A DNA stretch of 57,141 nt, filler included, from Basidiobolus ranarum (lineage: Eukaryota), in assembly GCA_040143965.1 (NCBI GenBank). It is 3 parts of 3 records of this genome, joined end to end, with 100 filler letters (N's around TTAATTAATTAA, not from the genome) between each part and the next. Parts side by side here need not be neighbours in the genome. Positions count along the whole stretch, not along the records: positions 38,181 to 57,141 come from JASJQH010000262.1; 2 more parts are not named here. The stretch is one strand, 5' to 3'. Position 1 is the first letter of the stretch, and each line of letters opens with the position of its first letter. Positions 50,782 through 57,141 of this stretch are shown here, piece after piece. Under the pieces are notes generated by a model. It searched no databases. It saw only the letters and a program-made list of their open reading frames with translations, and was not told the origin of the DNA. Position numbers and translations under genes: made by a program.

Positions 50782-52216
50782 TTAGTACCACATGGATGAC
50801 TGTGCACCCTGTTCATTAGTTTCATCTTCAAGTTGGATTTGGATTGCTCCAAGTTTGTCCTGAAGAATTCTTAGAGCAGTGAGAACGACATCCTCGGGCT
50901 TCAGAGACCCGACAGTCTATAGCAAATAGGCCGATTAGAACGAGAAAAATGATTTTAGAAGATTGCTTCACTTACCTCAAAATCGATATAAAATTTGTCT
51001 GGTTCGGATTTATAGTCGAATGCTAAGTAGAATTACTTTTGATTAACTCAACTGAACTGTGAATGTGTATAAGAGGAGTGTACTTTACCTTCATTCGGAG
51101 AAGGCTTCTCTTCAAATTCACCGTTTTTGCTGACTGGCCTGGATATCCAAAACTGTGTTTAGTATTTTGGTGACTTAATAATAAATCATTGATACAAAAA
51201 AGCGACCATTCTTTCTCGGCATCTTCCTCAATCCACCAACGTGAATGTCTAAGTTTATTCCAGGGATCGTATTCGAAACCAACCCCACTGATTGGACTCC
51301 ATTTAGCGTGCTCTTTGGAAACTCCCTGGAAAATAGGAATGATAATTTAATAATCCATAGATATTTTGGATAGAAAATAGCATCAATAGGTAAATATCAG
51401 ATATAGAAATATTCTATGATGGGAATATTCACACTTAATTTACCTTCTTGGCTACGCAATTTAATTTCAATTCCTGCCCCTTTCTGAGCTTGACAATAAG
51501 AATACCGTTGTCTTCAGGGCCTACCAATATATGTCAGACAGCGTTATGAGTTGATTTCCCCAGTGAGCAACTTTTGAGCATTTACTAACCTGCCAACACT
51601 GGGGTGATTCTAGGGTCAGTGCTAACCAAATCTTTACTTGTGATATCGAGGGTATTATCACCAGTGCATTTAACATCCAGAGTTAACTCCACTGAACAGT
51701 TGGAGCAGTATTGAGAGCAGTTGCAATCCTGTGGAGAAAGAAATTAGCGATGACAATCAGAAGAAAGACTGACTGAGAAAAACCTACTCTAGTATATTTT
51801 ATGCGATCAACTTCGTTACTGTCCAAGGGGATCATGCCTAAACGATGAGCAATAAACTCATCAGCTAAGACTGACGTATTAAGCTCGATCTCCACCATGT
51901 CAATCGCTATGAAGTTCATTTCAAGAAAAAAAGGAAACGCAAGCGACGGGTTAATATACAGGTTCTATTCTTCTAGAAATTTTCGAGTTCTTTCAATTAA
52001 GGAATAATTTGCCTACCTATAGTAGGAACCTCAGCGATCATAGCGCGACGAAGTGAGTTGGCGACACTGTATCAAGTAATCATAAATATACATGTAAAAA
52101 ATATCCTTTCAAATAGTGCCAAACCTAAGATCGGTGTGCGACAGAATGAAATCTATTCTGTCATCAGTAATTTCACGAATGTATACTTCGGGACCACCAC
52201 TACCAGCACGTTCCAT
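50782..52216 (-). CDS. RPB3: RNA polymerase II subunit RPB3
   Basis: [76 protein letters not shown]; seven introns. Confidence 0.96.
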
Positions 52217-53481
52217 TTCTAATAGTTTAAGGTTGAAAACAGGTATTCGTGTCAAAATCCAGCATATATATCACGGAATTTAACTGCGCAATTTTTTTGA
52301 TATCTTGGTCCTATCAATGAAAATTCATCAATTCTTTTACCTAGCCATTGGCCGTAATTCGCTCAATATTCAAGTGCTAAAGAGTTGCCTCATAAAACAA
52401 TGATTGCGGATATCACCATAATTCACCCGTCTACACCATACTACTTCAATAATCACCAAAAAGAAGTTTTGGCACTCGTAGTTTTGTGTATCACACAGTT
52501 TCAGGAAGATGTTCTCTTAAATTCAAAATTTACAAAGGGATAATTTAGTATTAGCTTCCCAGACAGCGTGAAGTACAAGTAACCGAGAATCTGGGGAACA
52601 TAGTGCTCAGAGGTCGAGATCAAGATATTTTACTATAAAATCAACAATAACGCGTTATATTTACTAAGTAAGTAAACTACTTATAAGCTCTACAGTACAA
52701 ATCGCAAACCCCAATAATAGTTGAGTTTGCTTTAAAAAATGGTTCTTGGAGTTTGCTTTCCAAGGAATCTGATATTAAAATTATTACTTTCAGCAAATAA
52801 TTCGCTAGTTTTCAGAGAACCCAAGAATTAATAGGACTTCACTTTATTTTGTATCTTAAGAGAAGTATACACACCAGTTGAAAATGGAGACATTCTTCAG
52901 TTCCAATTTACCAACTGTTTTTTTCGATAGTAAATTCTCCCCAGAGTAAGGCGGTTAAAAGGCATGTTGTGCTTAGTGTTGGCTAATCAATCCTCAAGTT
53001 GCGCTGATGTCTGTACTATATGATATACATATAAACGCTTGGGTTCTTGACTTACTACTAGTGACCGAAATTCACTAGGAACATTCTCACGAAATTCTGG
53101 TAAACTAAATGGACAAATAGACGTATTATTAATGTGAATGTTGTTGAGAATTTATAATATCCTAATCTTGATCTATATCTTGCGCTGCCAGTAGTGCAGT
53201 ATCATTGTAGTAAGTGTATAATGAAGAAAAAGATTTGACTTGTGCAATTAAAGCATGGATTGATGGGATCTTTCTTTTATGGTAGCCAACGTGATTCGAG
53301 AAGGTATAACGAACTCGAGGTTCTTTTTTAGATACATATTTACTTCACATATCGCCAATAACAGCATCTTCGAGAGAAAGGTATTAGAAGATTTTTATTC
53401 TACTCAACGAGTTGCAATATTTACCATGCCAAGCACAAAGGGTGTGAAGAGCAGTTGTAAGTAAACAAACAATATGGATTA

Positions 53482-54131
53482 TTATTGGTCTCTCAACCAT
53501 TGTTTCGGAAAAGTTTCATGAAAATAGTTGTTAAGGAAATCTTCACACTTATCCCTGGTTCGCTTTAGATTATACTTGGTAGCCAAGAAGTATACCTGAG
53601 GTAAGTCATCAGACTGTATCCGGCGGGATGATAAAATCTCATCCACGTGCTCTAGGACGTAGGTGGCAGGAAAAATGTTATACGCCAGATTAGCAAGAGC
53701 TTCTAGCTGTTGAAAACTGAGAGATCTCCCAGGCTCAAGAGAATATAACGTCCTAAAAAACCAATCAAGATGTATAGCAGTGTAGCTACAACGAGGTGAG
53801 ATAGAATTCTTGGTGTATTAGCGTGAGCATATATTTACCCGGGTGATGTACTCGCACTAGATTCGGCACAGGTAAGATCAAGTATACAGAAACCATTGAC
53901 GGACAAAATGTCTCGAAAATACTCACTTTTGCTTGTAAGGACCCATCGATGAAGTTTGAATTGGCGACTATCAACATATATGGTCAAGTTACTATGCAAA
54001 CCAGTCAAGTAGATATTAGAGAGCTGCCGAGTAAGCCGTTGTTGACAGTTGTGGGATGCCATCATCAATCTCATTTGATGTTCTCTTCGCTTCTCTTTAC
54101 CTCGGACAAGAATCTCACTTGAGCTATGCAT
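53482..54131 (-). CDS. BTB/POZ-domain protein (boundaries uncertain; may be decaying)
   Basis: HSNLTIYVDSRQFKLHRWVLTSKSEYFRDIL is a BTB signature; after one intron, HLDWFFRTLYS...VYFLATKYNLKRTRDKCEDFL. Confidence 0.6.
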
Positions 54132-54789
54132 CTGGAGATGAAAAGAGACTGAATTCGTTTTGCGCTTCTTATAGCTTGAACGGACGTTTACATCTCAAAC
54201 TCTATCATTCTACAGCTCATCAGAGATATCTTGGGTAAACAGCAGTGCTCATTTTTGGCTCAAATATTCACCCCATAACACCAAGACAGGCAAAGATAGC
54301 TAGTCATTTAGAATGTACTTGGCTTGTAATATCAGTATGCTCCTTCAAAGAATACCATCAATACCTACATATTGCCACCAACTGGCTTGCATTATGGCAT
54401 GCGGACGAGCCACTGTTACCGCAGATCCTTGACGGCTAGTCGAGCGTGTCACTACTAACCAACAGAACATTGATTCAGCTGTGGCTGGAAAATGCACCTG
54501 TCAACTCTGGTGCAAATCCGACAATCAACTATAGTTCATGTACACCAACAAAGCACACCAAGATGGCAGATTCATTTGATTTGAAGTATCGACCAAGCCA
54601 ATGCTACCTGAGTCTGATGATGCAACAATGGAACAACATAGAATTCAAAATATGGTCTCATAAGTCAACGATCAGTTGAAGCTTCAGAGCTAGATGATAT
54701 GGAATAGATTGCAAAATGACAAACGACTTTATTTAGCAGGTGCTGGGGGTATATGTTAGATAAATAGCACCAAACATGGGTTTGCTCAA

Positions 54790-56573
54790 TTAAAACATAA
54801 CTAATGCCATCTTTTCGTTCTCAATAGGTGGGCATCTCCAATTGTAAAGATAGTAGTTGAGATAGCCATCACCAGGGCCAAATTTCAATTCCTCGATAAA
54901 TTCTAAGTTATGTAAGAGTTCAAGTGCATTCATAACATCAAAACCGGCCTAACGATACAAGTCAGATTAATTCAAGAATACGGTTCACTTAAAGGTGTAT
55001 CAACTTACATTCTTGGCTAGGATCATAGCGTTACGAACCAACATTTGAAGTCGTTGGGTATATTCTTTGGGTTGCTCGACCGAGGCATCGACATCGTTAC
55101 TGGTTTCGCGTACTACATTGGTAGCGTAATAATATAGATAGGCAGCATTTAAAGTCTTGTGTTTAGGATTGCCGAGAACAGAGCTGGGTAACGAATAGAA
55201 AGAAACAAAATCGGTGATAGCCCCACTTTCACGATCCTAAACGTTCGTTAGATTCTATGAAGACTTGTATTTATGAATGTGTATAGATACATACTTCAAC
55301 GACATAGCTGTACACAACATCCTTGATAGGAAGGAAATAATGACGGATCTCTTCATCTGTTTGGAATACAGGTCCATAGTCGAATTGATCCAAATAGCGA
55401 TTCAAAAGAGCTCGAACGGATTGCACATCCTGCTCTAACATTGGGCGAAGTCCGTTTATCGTTGTTGCGGTAGGTAGTTTGTATCGACGAACCAAGCGAT
55501 CCATGGTCATACCATTGGGTAATGCAGAGAATCCAATCTCAACAAGCTTCTTGGGATTCAAAGAGCGATGATGGTATCTATTAATCGTTGATATGTCAAG
55601 TAATCATGATCTTACGGTGAAATACATATAAAGACTTTACCTGCATGTAGCGATCGGTTTTGGCAGAACAACACCGGCTGTATAGGTGGCTTGGAAGATT
55701 CCTTCCAAATTAACACGGCGTGTAATTTCTTTAATAAGAAGAGGTGCCAAACGCTTGCTTCGAAGCTTCTTATGAATACACAAGAAATTGATTTCTACCA
55801 AATGACGCACACTTTCATCAAAAGATCGTTAGTATTTGTAGCAAAGATCTAAGCCTCAGGTATTGAAAGTTACTTGGTGCGAATCTTGAGGTCAGCGGGT
55901 ACTCCGGAAATAAAGGCGACCAATTTTTTGTTGGTAGTAGCACGAACACCCAAATGCCAAGACTTTTTCCAACCAGGAGGTTTCAATGCCCTAATCAAAT
56001 GATCAAAAACTGGTATAACGAGAAAGTAAATGTTATAGTTTCTATCAAACATACCAAGAGATAAATTCAGGTGTATAATCGAAGCGGAAAGTTGCATCGT
56101 CATCTTCTACGTAGTTGAGAGAGAGTAAAGTGTACACCTCTTTTAACTAAAACTATGTCAATAACAGAGGTAGAGCTCAAATATTTCAGTATCAGCATAC
56201 TTCCTCCGTATCTTCCACATTGACAATAGCCCACTCAAAGCTTCCGGGCAACGGATAAGGGTTTTGGCGCACTTCTTGCACAGATCTGTCTGTGTCAATA
56301 GCTCCTTCACTCTTCACGATCTCATCTAATATCATTTCATAAAGCATTGATGTGAGTAGAAGTAAATATAGCATTTATATAGACTAAACGATGGAATAGA
56401 AGAAGTATACCATATTGGGGAACTGGTTGAGTTTTCCAAAATTTATGATCAGCTATCTCCTTCTTTTCTTGTTTACTACTAGAACTTATTTGTTGAGCCG
56501 CGAGGGCCTGCAATAAGTCTCTGAGTTTACTTGTCTCAGCATTATCACTGCTTGGCTTTTTTGGATCGGACAT
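54790..56573 (-). CDS. NMT1: Glycylpeptide N-myristoyltransferase
   Basis: [70 protein letters not shown]. Confidence 0.97.
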
Positions 56574-57038
56574 TGCTTCAAATTAACGGTTCAAAAGCTA
56601 GGACGATAACACAATAAGGTAATGCTGTGCGAGTTTCACGTGATTCTTTTTGTTAAATTATGAACCCTGAAATACGTAGGAAGGACAAGTATTATTTGCT
56701 ATCCCAAATTAAGAGCACCTTTTTTTCAATTTTCTTTGATGATTTATTTATGGTAGTACAACCTGCCAATCAAGTATAATATGATATTGTTATGAAGATT
56801 TCTCGCACGCAAAGGTACAATTTCCACATTTGTAAATGAAGAATTTAGAGATTTGGGGATCTAAAACCATTAATCTAGCGCTTATCACTAGTTTCAGCAT
56901 GCAGTTCGTTTACAGTGGAAAATCCTTGGGATGTTAAAAAACATCACAACTGCAAGTGCCGTGTATGTTGGTTGCTATTGACTAGTCTTGGCTAGAAAAA
57001 CTGGAATCTGGTCTTTACACAGCCACTACTATAGCTAA

Positions 57039-57141
57039 CACTGTTGAAATTAGCATTGCCTAAACACCTATATAGTCATATATAGCTTAGTACTTAGTTA
57101 TCTTGTAATTCACTAAGATATTATCAATTATTCTCAATCGG
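57039..57141 (-). repeat. Fourth TIR-like copy, truncated by the window end
   Basis: CACTGTTGAAATTAGCATTGCCTAAACACCTATATAGTCATATATAGC closely matches the sequence from 33283 onward. Confidence 0.8.

Noticed and set aside
52101-52109. ATATCCTTT, an AT-AC donor-like motif
   Set aside because: Lies on the strand opposite RPB3, inside a normal GT-AG intron.
56403-56410. NMT1 intron donor GTATACTT as U12-type
   Set aside because: Mismatch at +5 and no CCTTAAC-like branch site.

Overview
Eukaryotic, AT-rich, intron-rich fungal DNA (most introns ~55-115 nt). A nicastrin gene and a U12-type intron point to an early-diverging fungus (Zoopagomycota/Mucoromycota-like; inferred, not established). Two 100-nt gaps carry an artificial TTAATTAATTAA linker. 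Recognisable genes: two-PAS protein, Pho80/Pcl-type cyclin, DEDDh exonuclease, SurE, ThrRS, tandem cysteine dioxygenases, G-protein gamma subunit, RasGEF-domain gene, Fus3/Kss1-type MAPK, Clr2-N-domain protein, nicastrin, TAF12, RPB3, BTB protein and NMT1, plus relics of a TIR DNA-transposon family. The most unusual items: (i) an intronless, apparently secreted 1540-aa protein built from a Lys/Tyr/Pro-rich 11/33-aa repeat region and about 10 copies of a two-Cys domain I do not recognise; (ii) a tandem pair of secreted proteins, each with exactly 25 in-register G-x-x-x units; (iii) a minor-spliceosome intron and an in-frame GC-AG intron in the MAPK; (iv) a candidate snoRNA in a TAF12 intron; (v) a promoter block shared by the two CDO paralogs. 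All calls were made by eye with no database searches.
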